Below, piece after piece: positions 13,901 to 25,374 of a stretch of 64,000 nucleotides of DNA. Made by a program: the position numbers and the translations under genes. This stretch comes from Xylographa opegraphella (lineage: Eukaryota), in the NCBI GenBank assembly GCA_022813865.1, contig JALDZX010000073.1, positions 1 to 64,000 on the forward strand. The letters run 5' to 3'. Each line of letters begins with the position of its first letter. Within the stretch, counting starts at the first letter, position 1. The notes below the pieces were generated by a model. That model was not told the DNA's origin and ran no database searches. It was given only the letters and a program-made list of their open reading frames with translations.

Positions 13901-14859
13901 CCGTCATTTTTGACAAGGACATATTCCCTGCCCTTTTCACCAGCCACTCTGCCTATCCCGTTCACGCCAAACATCGCATCCTCTCCGTTCATACCAGAAA
14001 GATTCATAAGCCGTTGCGTAAGCTCATTCCTCTCCTTGACCCGCTCCACTTGGAATTTTGAGAACGCCATACGGTCCGGGAACATGGTATCTAGTTGTTC
14101 CTTGCTGTAGCCCATCCTTAAACGACTTCTCAAACGTGCTGCATTCAGGATATTATATCGATCGCTGGCCGGCAGACTCACAAAGAAAGGACTGTTGAAG
14201 TCAATCTTACTGAAGTCGTATAAATTGATGTCCTCCCCCGTATGAAATTGCCTGGCGTACTCTTCCAGTTCCTGCTGGCTCATAATCCTAGGATCGTTCG
14301 GCGCTCCCATCTCTGCAAGACTGACGTCCAGCTCGGGAAGGTGATAAGCATCCTTCTTCCGAAACGTCCTGTTCTGCTGCCTCTCCTGTGCGGTCATATG
14401 TAGCTCGTCCACATATACCAAGTTGTCCGGAACTTCTTCCTCGTCATCCTCTTCCACTCTTCGAGGTCTGTCCCTTTCCTCCCTCCTCTTGTTGTCCTCC
14501 TCTTCCGCCCGTCTCTGCATCTGCACCGCCAGAAGCTTGCCCGCCGTTCTCACAGCATCCTCCCTTCTCCCTTCCCGCCTCGCCTTCCGCCCGCTGATAG
14601 TCTGCCTCTTGAGTGCTGGCGCGCCGCCATCAAAGACGAAAACCGGCTTGATCCCGAAGAAGAGGAGCTTGCAAATGCGGCGGAAGAAGCCGACAACGTG
14701 AGAATTGCGCAGGGCATTGCCCTCTTTGTCACGGACAGCTTTGAGGAACTGATAGATCCAAATCGAGGCATCGACCGCGAGGCGCTTCTTGTTAAGGGTT
14801 TCGAGTTTTATGGGACGGGCACAAGGTTGAAGAACTGTCCAAAGACCCGTAACACCCAT
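10951..14859 (-). CDS. RAD2: XPG-family nucleotide excision repair endonuclease (Rad2/Rad13)
   Basis: 1302 aa single ORF. XPG-N (MGVTGLW...LAVDASIWIYQF...PVFVFDG), XPG-I (PYITAPMEAEAQCA...TDDSDIFLFGG...GSDYTEGI), UIM-like 'DLQKAIAMSL' and a C-terminal NLS. Confidence 0.97.
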   Translation of the reverse strand: MGVTGLWTVLQPCARPIKLETLNKKRLAVDASIWIYQFLKAVRDKEGNALRNSHVVGFFRRICKLLFFGIKPVFVFDGGAPALKRQTISGRKARREGRREDAVRTAGKLLAVQMQRRAEEEDNKRREERDRPRRVEEDDEEEVPDNLVYVDELHMTAQERQQNRTFRKKDAYHLPELDVSLAEMGAPNDPRIMSQQELEEYARQFHTGEDINLYDFSKIDFNSPFFVSLPASDRYNILNAARLRSRLRMGYSKEQLDTMFPDRMAFSKFQVERVKERNELTQRLMNLSGMNGEDAMFGVNGIGRVAGEKGREYVLVKNDGVEGGWALGVVSNKQEGERNKPIDVDDLGNNAKIEEDEDEWEDDRFEDVPIEGLNRLPKRLATRNAGDYNQDYASNEAVERRKALYRARQEAADPSRHTREEAIDEDPDSLFVPQSSVPKHTSDGEEDDDLFEDVIPKMSDEENDLQKAIAMSLEDPEQDDSLDSEMKTHSVAMLNGPRLDKPLDFNQRNAKAGRAFAHVANARARDTAPRPFEEDADDAENMDIQAALAESRRTKYQPHNDPYVSGLRRKDKQGLSGPESPKRASSVNFPPLAKVTGFDGPLPFESLSLGKSMLTKKKKKPLEEEGGFEKDAEQESAPQPIPPWFSGDIRQDYNAQRQKEIEDAKHDGTNIQARALLQDVRPILKRYETAEVIDLEGPKTISNELIEVESTESEDDVDDMVMGETVYVDSEVRMGDIADLVRAEPPKSELPSQSIPVPITSNEVQDATRKPTSADHSEEEPIAWEESDIDEDRVKNNTGASVLKPVGGEFQPEEPRAPSPKFESIGIPGSPMQPHPSVTMPAEDGASVHSPNDDEATAPIPDDVDMVDDADIYSDPEDEELMRQLAVEAEEHARFAATLNSGSHVQSAEDYERELRQLRNQQKKDRRDADEVSHVMVTECQQLLKLFGLPYITAPMEAEAQCAELLHLGLVDGIVTDDSDIFLFGGTRVYKNMFNQAKFVECYLSSDLEKEYSLDRNKIIQIAHLLGSDYTEGIPSVGPVTALEILSEFENLDAFRDWWTEIQIGHTHAEDASSAFRRKFKRNVTKLFLPPIFPDKRVDHAYLHPEVDSDPSPFAWGVPDLDALRGYLMATIGWNQERADEILVPVIRDMNRRENEGTQANITQFFSGGVGAGAREKSSNNAFAPRRRGEGKSKRMETALGRLHARAKERTHGEDEAGGLHEAETENDTTTQVGAEADTATVNTATGKDSMKAKRPRARKRAAPVDDADTESMSGDDEYQAPKKTTKRTKAARKNRKTMAES

Positions 14860-16129
14860 CGTGAAGAGAACAAACTACCGCCGTCAGACCTGTATCGGGC
14901 CCTCCAGTCCATGACTATATGCCCGAAACCTTAAGGTGTATCCCAGAGAATCATGGCTAGATCACGAAAGGCAACGATGATGTCGTCTGTATTTCCGTGA
15001 CTGTGATTGGCTCAATGCTTTGTCACGTAAACTCCATAACCCGCGCGCGTCAACTAGTCTAACCAAAGCGTTTAAAGCTGTTTGATGTAACATATTTTCT
15101 TTCGAGGACAATTGAAAAACTTGTCATTATTTCCGATCTGGGAGCAAGCAGTCCCTTCAAAATTGACAATCAAGGTACACTTTGGTCAAGTCCTTATCTA
15201 TCATATATTCTATCTGGACCTCAAGACTACAAGCCGGAATTAACATAGAAGCACCGCTGAGCATGCATACCTCCTTCATAAGCCCAAGTCAGAACGAAGA
15301 ACTTTCATGCCTTTGAAGTTTGGATACAGCGCAGGCTCATAGATCCGTGCGTTTGGCCTTCTCTGGGTCACTGTGTACAACTACATATCCTTGGGATTGC
15401 ATAATGAACGCAAGTGCTAGACATACTCGTAGCTAGCAGAGAGACCCGAACAACCATTCGCCCCAGGTCTTGGTTTGTGGTTTCAAGCGATGAGGATGAG
15501 GATGACATTGTTTGGCTCCAAAAGTTTTCCGTAGCTGAAAGCAGCATTTCAATACCTGAACAATGACTTGGTCGCATATGGCTTTCAAGGACTTTGGCGG
15601 TCAGCAGCTGCTCTCAACGATCAATGACGAAAATGAAACCAAAAAAATGCTTACAAAGAAAAAAGCATCCACGTCATGAATTTCTGCAGCTTGAGTAGAA
15701 TGACAGAGAGTCGAGACATCTCTAAATTAGCTAGGTACGGTACACGAAGCGTCAAATGGATTCCTGAAACGCCCTTCGTGGTCGCGCGTTACAAAAATAT
15801 GCTTTGCAAGTCGTTACGTCTTGTGAAGCCACTCTTCCGAAGACCACGAACAATCACTCCCGGCGCCCCTTGCTTGAAGTCGCTGTGCAGACCCTCCGAA
15901 GCTCGATGCCTGAAATCTGTTCATACGATTGAGCCTATCAATATCGCACCATCCTGGAGGCTGGTGAACATCCCTGAAAAGTGTGTCGTCTCTGTGCTAA
16001 CATTCTGATCCGTTGAAGATGTTGAGGGAAGAAGTGTTGATGGGCCTCAAGCCTATTGTAAGAGCAATGTTGTCATATGTATGCAATCTCCAATGTTGCG
16101 CCAGTGTTTGTATTGCCGAAAGTCTTGTC

Positions 16130-17884
16130 TCAATAACTCTGGGCAGAAACAACGGCAGGCTGCATATCTTATCAGCAGTGATCATGACTCGGTCTGTCGC
16201 GGCACTTACAGGACTGTTCAGCATACTTTGCCGCTTGTTTCGGCCCTTCTTAATGTGGCTTTTTAGCGCACTAGAGTCCAATGGCTTAAGTAATTCGAAG
16301 CTGCAGAGCAACTCGTCCGACACCGCCATCACTGCGCCCCAGTTGTCAAACTCGCCGCAGTACTGAACACACGTCAGTCAGAGCTGGAGGGAAAGTGCAG
16401 AGTTGCCTTACATTCGGGGCAGAGAAAACCGTGACTAAGATTCTGTCCTGGAAGAACTCATATCCGTCTTCGACCACCATGTGTGCTCTGCAGACCAGAT
16501 CAAAGTCATTCTTCTGTAGAAATTCCATGATCACTTTCTTCCCAAAGCAATAGCTAACACCCCTCTCGTTAGATTCCCAATCAGCCTCCATGTCTGCAGG
16601 ATCGCTCCATACTAAGTCGTTCAGCAACCCATAATCTGGAACATCTGTTGGCCGGGCAATCTGGCGAATATCATCCATATGCGATAAGCTAGGAGAAAGA
16701 CCCCCGTGTACGCAGAAGATCTTATTCGCAACTATGGCAGCTATGGGAAGACAATTGAACGCATCTATGAACGTCTTCCAAATCTTAATATTGCATCTCC
16801 GCTTGCATTCATCGTAAAAGCCGTAAACGCGAGTTACATTGGCACATTCGTGGTTGCCGCGCAGCAAAAAGAAATTCTCCGGAAACTTCAATTTGTAGCA
16901 CATCAGCAGCAATATGGTCTCCAGGCTCTGCTTTCCTCGATCCACATAATCACCCAAGAACAGAAAGTTTGCATTGGGAGGGAACCCACACATTTCAAAC
17001 ATTCGAATAAGATCGGTGTACTGGCCATGTATGTCACCAACAATCTTGACAGGTGCCGAGAGCTCGATGAGAGCAGGCTGCGCAAGCAGCACTTCCCGTA
17101 CAGCAGTGCAAATAGCAGTTATCTCGGCGTTTTTCAAGCACACTGCTTTGGTAACCTTGGCAGAGTATCCGGCATCAAGGAGTCTAGTGATCATCTCGTC
17201 AAGGTCGATAGACCTGGGACTTGACAATCCCATCCCCGGCGAATTAGCGATACCGCCTTCGTCGCGCGATCTTGATCTTGACCTCGACCTCGAACTTTTT
17301 CTCTTTGGAGGACTTAGTGTGTTCTCCCTTTTCACCAAAATGGACTCCTTTGGTTGCTGGTTCGATGAAGGATGCAGAGAACCTCCAGGGGGAGCATCAG
17401 AAACATGATCAACTTCCCCGCTCTTCTGAGCTTGACTCACGGCTTGATGGCCACGGCCGAGAGACGCAGACTGTGTAGGAGACGGCGGTGGCTGTGGTGA
17501 TCCTGATCGAGGTGTACTGGGTGAAAGCGCCCCGTCAGGCGTTGGAGTTTCCGGAGTTGGCACTGCTACTAATGCACGAGGTGTCTTGGATGCGCTTGAC
17601 TTGGTGCTATTGAAGGACTTTGTAGAAGCGGCATCCGATTTATCCACATTTCCCAGACCAGTATCTATGTTTGACAAAGACGTCCTTGGACTATCCAGCT
17701 TTCCACTTCCAGGTATCTTAGATCGAATGGACTCGCGAAAAGACCGCGAAGATTCCTTGGTGTCAGACTTGCTGAAAGACGGATAGGATTGCAAATCATT
17801 GCCCAGAGTTCGATCGGCCAGCAAAGAGGACTCGTTGGTTGGGGTTTTGGAGCCATCCTTTAGTTTGGAAGGCTGTTGTCCCAT
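16130..17884 (-). CDS. PPZ1: Ser/Thr protein phosphatase PP-Z (PP1-related), 3 coding exons
   Basis: Myristoylation-type start MGQQPSK and a Ser/Pro-rich N-terminus. Catalytic motifs GDIHGQ, GDYVDRG, RGNHE and SAPN|YCGEFDN. Introns at about 16364-16410 and 16160-16209; last exon PAVVSAQSY*. Confidence 0.92.
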
Positions 17885-19278
17885 GCCTATGATTGACTCA
17901 GATGCCTCAAATGTTTGTTATGGCTTAACCTTAGGCCTGATGTCCGAAACTTTCAGCTACAAAAACACTTACCTGAGATGTAAAGTTCTTACCGTGACGG
18001 TTATTGCTATAATATTGACAGGAGTCGAAGGTAGCAGAATTAGCGGTTCAAGCTGCTTCCGTCTGAACCGAACAGCTTCAGGCCTATTGTACAGATATGT
18101 AGACGTGGATGACTAAGTTTCCAGCGATGTGATGGCTCCAGCGGTCTTTGACTCGTATTACGGAGGCTCGAATAGTGCAGATAAGTAGCACAAAAAACGA
18201 GCTTCAGCGAATGACCATGAGCTCCCCTCACTCGCTTTTGTGGGTCTGTTCTCTGTGACTATTGGAGGTTCCGAGTGGGGAGCGTGGTAGGGCAGCGGTA
18301 TGGGCGAGAAAAGCTCGTCGAGTAGTGGTGCCAGGGTTGGGATCGCCTTTGCGACAATAATTAGACTGGCAAAGACTTCAACGGTTGCCCTGCGGAGCAA
18401 CCAGGAGTTTACCTTTCTGGTACTATTGTGGACTGATGACTGCAACATGTTAGCATTTCTACAATGGATCAGACAAGTGAGTGAGAGTAGCGTATTCTAA
18501 CATGGCAAAAAGGGCATAAAGAACGACATGAGCTTTGTGTAAGCGTGAGGGGTGGAAGTGGCATGGAGAGCAGAGGTCGTTGGAGGTCGGTGACCAATGC
18601 CAATCGACCAGATGTTGTACGGATGGCGCTGTGGGCTTGGGGCTCACTTACAAGTGTTTCTAGAGTCAACGTCGCTGCGTCGAGCACGTGCTAGATTACC
18701 AGTTCTGAAGTCCGCGATCAGTGCATAAATATCAGGTTCACATGCAAAGTACCCAAAAGGCCATCTGGGCTCGAACCAAGCTTGGCGCTAGTCCAAGGCA
18801 GACATCCGTTCAGCCCTGAATGCGTGACACGAGACGGAACTACATACAACGCAATCCGGATTGTGATCTACAAACTACAATGGGCTCTAAGTCTCACGCT
18901 CAAACAACAATAGGGAGAAGCAAGTGATCTCGGGTGGCAGATCCATTGCCAAGGCTACGTGGCTATGTGGCAGCGCTGATCCACGAGTACAGGAGCAGAG
19001 CCATCCCCGGTACCGCCAACTCCACTCACCCAAACCATCACAACATAGCCCTTACATCACAACCCTATTGTCATTTGCCGCATCAACAGCAATTAAATCA
19101 GATCTGCAGTCCGCAAATTGCGCAGGGACCATGTGAGTCGTCCTGCAAGTAGCCGCCAGGTCCCATCATCCGTCGCTCTCGCAAGCGATACTGCCTGCCC
19201 CTTTCCCCTGTCGATGGAACCAATGTCAGCATCGCCCTGTCGTTCATTGTTCTGTCGCAGCGTGTCAAGATTAGGCTT

Positions 19279-19689
19279 CTACTCACGAAATTTCTGTTGT
19301 GCGAGCCAACTTGAATGGTATCTGCGGATGATCGACGGACTTTCAACTTCGTCTAACTTATCAAGCTCCTCCTCTTGTGGTAGTGGGAACTCAAACGGGA
19401 TATTGCTGTCAGATAGGTCGTGCTCGTTCACGAAGTAGAGGTAACGAAGCACGTGAGTTTTGATATAGTTTTCGTCGCCAACGATCACATGAGGGTTATA
19501 AAAGAAACATGAGTATTGCACAGGCGAAAGCTTTTTTAGTGATATGCTCGGCAGCGGACGATTTTTCAAGGGACCAAAGGCTGATGAGTGGAGAGACGGA
19601 AGATGCAGCCTCTGTTGTCGAGTGGTGCGGTGATTGAAATTGGAGAAGATGGTGTGCCAAGCGTCCTCCGGAGACATTGCGTTGCACAA
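19279..19689 (-). CDS. Hypothetical protein or gene fragment
   Basis: 136 aa ORF with protein-like composition. No domain recognised and no clear start. Confidence 0.2.
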   Translation of the reverse strand: MCNAMSPEDAWHTIFSNFNHRTTRQQRLHLPSLHSSAFGPLKNRPLPSISLKKLSPVQYSCFFYNPHVIVGDENYIKTHVLRYLYFVNEHDLSDSNIPFEFPLPQEEELDKLDEVESPSIIRRYHSSWLAQQKFRE

Positions 19690-20213
19690 TTACAAGAAAT
19701 TGATTTTGGATTGAGAATCAGCACAACGCACATCAATTGAATCGTTCGCGAACTTGAAACTCCTGCTGTAGAAATGCCTCTAATAACGACTTCAGGCAAC
19801 CATCGGCTTGTATTTGTGCCGTAGGTACATGCTCGAGGAGGAACCACTTTAGCGTATACACATACAGTGTTTCGCGTTGATGCTCGTATATCACCACATC
19901 TGCAGAAGATAAAGGGTTTGAGAACGATATACCCTCGTCTCGAAGCTCAGAGAACCGGATATCTTCGTTGCAAGAGCTGGGGGAATCTAGTTTGTGACGT
20001 TGGCATAAACCTTACTAAGTCGGGACTAGCGCCAGACTACTGGAAGCTCAAATTAAAGTCCGCCGTCAAAGCCGGCGCTAGTTCTGCGCTCCCATCTTTT
20101 TGTTGCTCGACTTTCAATCACCACTTCGAGTATTCATCCGTAGTCATACGGCTCAACCACGCAAAGGGCGAGCCACCATAGGCAGTGAACCCTTTAGCAT
20201 CCACTATTACAGC

Positions 20214-20782
20214 ATGTCTGACCAGGTTTCGGCCGGTATGTTCATTATCCACATGCATAAGCCTCACTAGACTTAGGTAGCTGAAACGAACGCAGCCTGG
20301 CCCGTTGCCGACCAAGCTCTCACCCAAACCATCCTTGATCTCGTCCAGCAAGCCTCTCACTATCGCCAGCTCAAGAAGGGTGCGAATGAAGGTGTGTCAA
20401 CGCGCATGGTTTTTGGCTTGCGCGGTGCGGACAGCTGATAGGACTGTTACATAGCTACCAAAACGCTGAATCGAGGTATCTCCGAGATTATCATCCTTGA
20501 CGCTGGTGTGTTTAGTCTGGCTTACCTTGGGGAGACCTCATTGCAAAGAACAGGCTGATATTTGAGGTAGACACGTCTCCACTGGCTATCCTCCTCCATC
20601 TGCCATTGGTCGCGGAAGACAAGAACGTCCCCTACGTTTATGTTCCCAGCAAAATGGCACTGGGGCGAGCATGTGGAGTAAGTCGCTCAGTCATAGCGGC
20701 AAGCATCACGACGAATGAAGCAAGCGAGTTGATGGGGCAGATTCGGACGCTGAAGGATGCTGTGGAGAGACTGATGATCTAA
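20214..20782 (+). CDS. SNU13: 15.5K/Snu13 kink-turn RNA-binding protein (U4 snRNP, box C/D snoRNP), 4 exons; absent from the ORF track
   Basis: Spliced translation MSDQVSA|AETNAAWPVADQALTQTILDLVQQASHYRQLKKGANE|ATKTLNRGISEIIILDA|DTSPLAILLHLPLVAEDKNVPYVYVPSKMALGRACGVSRSVIAASITTNEASEL...ERLMI*. Three GT-AG introns. Confidence 0.96.
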
Positions 20783-21599
20783 GCTCTTCTGGAGAAAAAC
20801 CGACCCGAGGAAGAGCGTATATGCGCACTCCGTGATAAAGACAATCTATGTTATTCCAGTGAGTGGAAAAATCAAGACTGCGTGTCTATCGCGTGTGAGT
20901 GCCTTGGGTAACTTTGTGGCACCTCTCTGACCTTAATTGGTCCGGTCCATGTTTCATAGAGACGTCAGCATAGCTTCATGCATAATAGTCCGAAATCTAA
21001 CTTGCCGGTCGTATATGACTCGAAGGCCAAGTCAGCTTCCATGAGCTTCAAAACGAGCTTCAAAATGTTTCCTAAGGTCGCGTGGACAATCTGCAAACAT
21101 GATGGAAGCACCGCTGGGTATGGATCTTGACCCGCCCTGCTACAGCATAAACGAATGATGGATTTGATTCAACTGACAAAACTGCGTTCCGTCGATCTTT
21201 CCTTGACGCCGCCTCACCGGGTGAGTCTCCCAGAGGCCCTGCCCATAAGACCTATCGCTGAATTATCTTCACCGAGTTGTAGCACCTATCACCAGACAGG
21301 TCTGTTGTCAAAGTTTGTAGCGTGTCGATTTGTCATTGAGATTGTAAATCCAGTGCTTGACGATTGTGTTTGGAGTCGGGTGGCAGACAGCCAAGAGGCT
21401 ATGATCAACAAGCTGATAGCACGTATGTTCGAGCGGCGCCTGATGCGGCGCCTCTGTGAATTCAAATCGCTTACATAGCCATCAAACTCGAAAGGTGCTT
21501 CATGGACAAACAATGTATGAAATATTTCTTTCATATGCACGAACATGGCAAGTACGCTAGCTCTTCGTCCAGAACAAACATTGGGTATATCTAGCAGCA

Positions 21600-22681
21600 T
21601 CACCAACCAAAAAAACTACTGATCTTGTCTCCGAATGTCTCTTTCCCTTGTTCTTTTCTCAACTGCTTCGCCTTCCCAGTCTCTTCGTATATCTGGCTTA
21701 CCTGCTTCCCTACTGTTTCTCCGGCCGCGACCTCCATGACCATGGCCTTCTCTTCAACCTCTCGTTCCTCCGGTGAAAGTCCCTTCAACCGCGCCCTGAA
21801 TTCTGCCTTCACTTTAGGCTTGAGATCCTGGAGTTCTTGCGGCAGAGGTATTTCCGAAGCAGGGCCTTTTGCAGGCAGCGGCTTCGTTGAAGCTGCATCT
21901 CCTGTTGATCTTGTGGATGATATAAGACTTGGGAATGTTGGTATGGGAAGACCGGCATCCTTGGCTTCTTTCACCAAGCGTTCCTGGTCAAGCATGCGAT
22001 GGTACAGCGTATCTGCGTGCATTTGGATCTGCTCGTCTACCTCGGGAGGGCGATCGTAGGTGGAGAGATATCCTAGGGCTTTCAGAAACCGCTAAGCGGC
22101 CATCAACAGCTGCACACATATGGCAAGACAGGAGAGGCGTTATTGCGCACCGCTTGCATATTGTAACATCTCTCGAACGACCGGTTCTCCGCGTGACATA
22201 ACCTCAACCTATCCGTAATCTTCCCAGATCTGTAGCATTCGCTAACTGCCCACTGCTCATCGGCGCAATTTTCTATCGCTGCTCTCCCGATCTGGGCTTT
22301 ACGCTCTTTGAAGCCATTGAGCACGTCTAGAAGCTTCTCCTGATCAGTTTTTGTAGCATCTTCGATATCGGCGAGCGGGGTGTAGGTGGACCAGAGATGC
22401 GCATAACGGCCGTCAGGAAATGCAGACTTGGAGGCGACGATGGGGGATATAGGGGCAGTACTGGGTGTACCGGACGTCTGCGTGGAGGCTTCGGAAAATA
22501 CAGGATTCGATGGTGAAGATGGAGTAGTGGACGAAGCTTGTGACGGAACTTCTGAGGTCTTGTATTTCACTGGGGATTCTTTCTGGAGAAACTCCCGAAG
22601 ACTCGGGTCCAGGTCTTTCAACGGGTCATTGCCGAATAATTCTGGGTCGCCGTCTTTGCTTGGGCCCCATAGCCAGCCCAT
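21600..22681 (-). CDS. Conserved fungal protein with twin CX9C motif, 2 exons
   Basis: ORFs 22103-22681 and 21600-22022 are joined by an intron near 22092-22150 (...CYNMQA|RFLKALGYLS...). Motif C-ADEQWAVSE-C-x12-C-HAENRSFER-C. Confidence 0.8.
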
Positions 22682-22869
22682 TTAGCTAGATTGACAATAT
22701 ACTTCAGCAATCAGGTTGCTCACGCAATAGAGGGAAGTGGAGGAGTATGATCGAAGTTGCCGTGTCAAGTGTATTGTGACGGAACGAGCCGAGCCTCAGT
22801 CACGTCTTCCCCGAATTTCATGCGCAACGACGACTACAACAGCATAGCTTCTGCGGGGAGTCCGCAATA

Positions 22870-24964
22870 ATGGCAGCAAGTAGGACAATCATACTCTTAG
22901 TCAACCAGGACCTACTGATGTGAATCTTTAGATCGAGAAGAGCGATTCTTGATGCGCCAGCGGGGTGCAGGGTAAGCACTCTTATGAGACTGGACTTTAC
23001 CAACGCTCATAGGACGACAGCGCCCGACAGTTGCGAAATTCTGGTTTCAGCTTTGACCTACTTGGAGAGCAAAAATCTCCACTCAAAGCAGCTTCATCGG
23101 CCAAGTCTCGACGGACGCCCAGATCGAAATCTCAAATCCGAGCTTCTACAAAACGAACGCCGAAAGTAACATCCGTCATCCCTCGGCGGTCATCGAGACG
23201 AACGCCAGCTTCGAAAAGAACTCAAGACTCGGAAATCTTGTCGTCTGAGCAGCTGCCGAGTATATCGGAACAACAAGATGCACCGACTTCACAAGCAAGC
23301 AAGGCAGACGAGCAAGGAACCGTCACGAAGAAGAGGAGGCTGGCCGGACGCCCTAGGACTGGTTCATTGTCAATCTATGAAGAACCTCGAGGTACTGTGT
23401 CCATCTTTGGTAGTATACCGGAAAATAGCGAGCCCATCGAATCGGATGTTCAGAAGGAGATAGTGGAATCCGAGCCTCTAACTACAAAATCGGGCAAAAA
23501 ACGCAAAAAGCGAAAGTCTGTAGGACAGAAGCCCAAGAAGAGGGCGAAGACCAGTCTTCCTAATGACCAAGCATCAGCTTCGGGACTGCCGGCAACAGCT
23601 TTAGCAGAGTCTTCTTCAGAACAAAGACAGTCAGAGCTGCCAGAGCCGGAGGCAAACCAAGCTCAGGTATTGCCAGTTACGGTACAAGTCGAGTCAATCA
23701 AACGCAAAATAATGAAACGAAAGCCTGTTGGAGCGCCCCAGAGAAAGCGAAAGTCACTAGACGTTACATCCTCCTCAGCTCTGAATGTGGCAGGGGGTTC
23801 TGGTGAGTCGCCATTACCATCGCAGCAAGAGGCGGCAAGCAGAAAGCAGCGAAAGGCTGGTAAAGCACTGGCTTCTGTACATGAAGAGCGGGAAAACGAA
23901 ACTGACGAGGACGCTCTTGGAAGCCCTAATCGCATAGAAGAACAACCCTCTTCAAAAATCCCCTCTGCGCCTACTCTCCCCCGACGGCGAGGAAGACCAA
24001 GGAAGGCCGATAGTTCAGCTTTAAGTTCTACGACGACAAGAGTCTCCAAACCGTCTACCTCTAAGCCTAGAACCAAGAAAGGGTCTGACCCTTCCCACAC
24101 CCGTCAACCAAAGCAGAAAGCTGGCAGTATCCCTATCACCGTCCACCGCAATTCTCCCATCAGAAATCTCAACCATGACCCCACGGACGAAGATATTCTC
24201 TCCGCTCCGCCTCCCTTCCCAAACAAAAGCGGCGTCAACGCAGTCGATGTCGTCAGCCAGATATGCTGCGAGACGATCACGAAATCTATCGGCACCCTAA
24301 AGCAAACCACCGACAAGCAGCAGAACCAGCGGCAAAAGGCCGAATGGCAGCGGAAGACTGAAGCGGTGGAGATGTTTGGCGATGAGCTGGATATGAGGTT
24401 TTTTCAGATGGTGAGTACTTCATTTTCTCTCACAGTTTTTTTGTGCAGCCATATATCGAAAAGCAACACTAAACATGGCATGTAATACCTTAGAGCGAAG
24501 CGATCGACAACAACCACGGCCTCGCTACTCGCCTCCGCCAAGCGAAGAAGGCCAAAAACGCCAAACGAGACGCCCTTCTCGACATCAAGAGGCAACGAGA
24601 AGAGGTCGCAATAGAGATGGACGCCGTGCGCGCGCAGTACGAGACAGCCACGAAAATCACACAGGTTTGTATTCCTCTCCCTTCTCAACCCACTACACAG
24701 AGCCTGAAACTTCAAGCTAACATGAACCACCAGGATGAGAACGACCTCGACACTATGATCCACGACATCAAGCTCGCAGTCCAGCGTGGGCGCGCGGCGC
24801 AGCAGGCGCAGGGTGAAGATGCCGGTACTGCAGAGGAGAGTGTAGGGCTGGAGCTGCGGCTGAGAAAGCTAGCGGCGGAGGTGAGCGCGATTGGGGGAGG
24901 AGGGCTCTTGAACAGGGTGAAGGGTTTCAATGCTTTGATGGAGAAGGTTTTAGACGATACTTGA
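22870..24964 (+). CDS. AT-hook protein, probable inner kinetochore subunit CENP-U/Ame1, multi-exon
   Basis: Spliced start MAA|NREERFLMRQRGAG|. Basic disordered region with AT-hook (RRGRPRK). C-terminal NAVDVVSQIC...EMFGDEL...coiled coil...GGGLLNRVKGFNALME. Family assignment is from memory. Confidence 0.75.
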
Positions 24965-25374
24965 CACCGGTGGTCTGCTGTTTAGACTGGCTGGCTGGGT
25001 GACGAGGAAGGCTGGGCAGATGGATATGTCTCCTGTTGATAGAGCGAGGCTCTACCTGCACCTAGGGAGGCTTTGTAGCCGTGGCTATCTCGACAGTAGT
25101 ACCAAATAATGAGCCTATTACTGTAGCGCCAAGGTCTCAGAACCACGTTCATCAACTGCACATCTGAGCTCAAGGAAACCAAGCATGCGCGGAAGCACAC
25201 TGCCGCTTCACTAACCCACGAGACCTGCTATATATATCAGCTATTCTACATATCCTACTACCCTTCCCTCTCCCCTTCCATAGACTACGATTAATATGAA
25301 ACATTTACTGGTGCACGATACGCCCGCTTCCAACACGCTTTTTCCGAGAAATAGAACTTTGTCGCACCTCGTTT

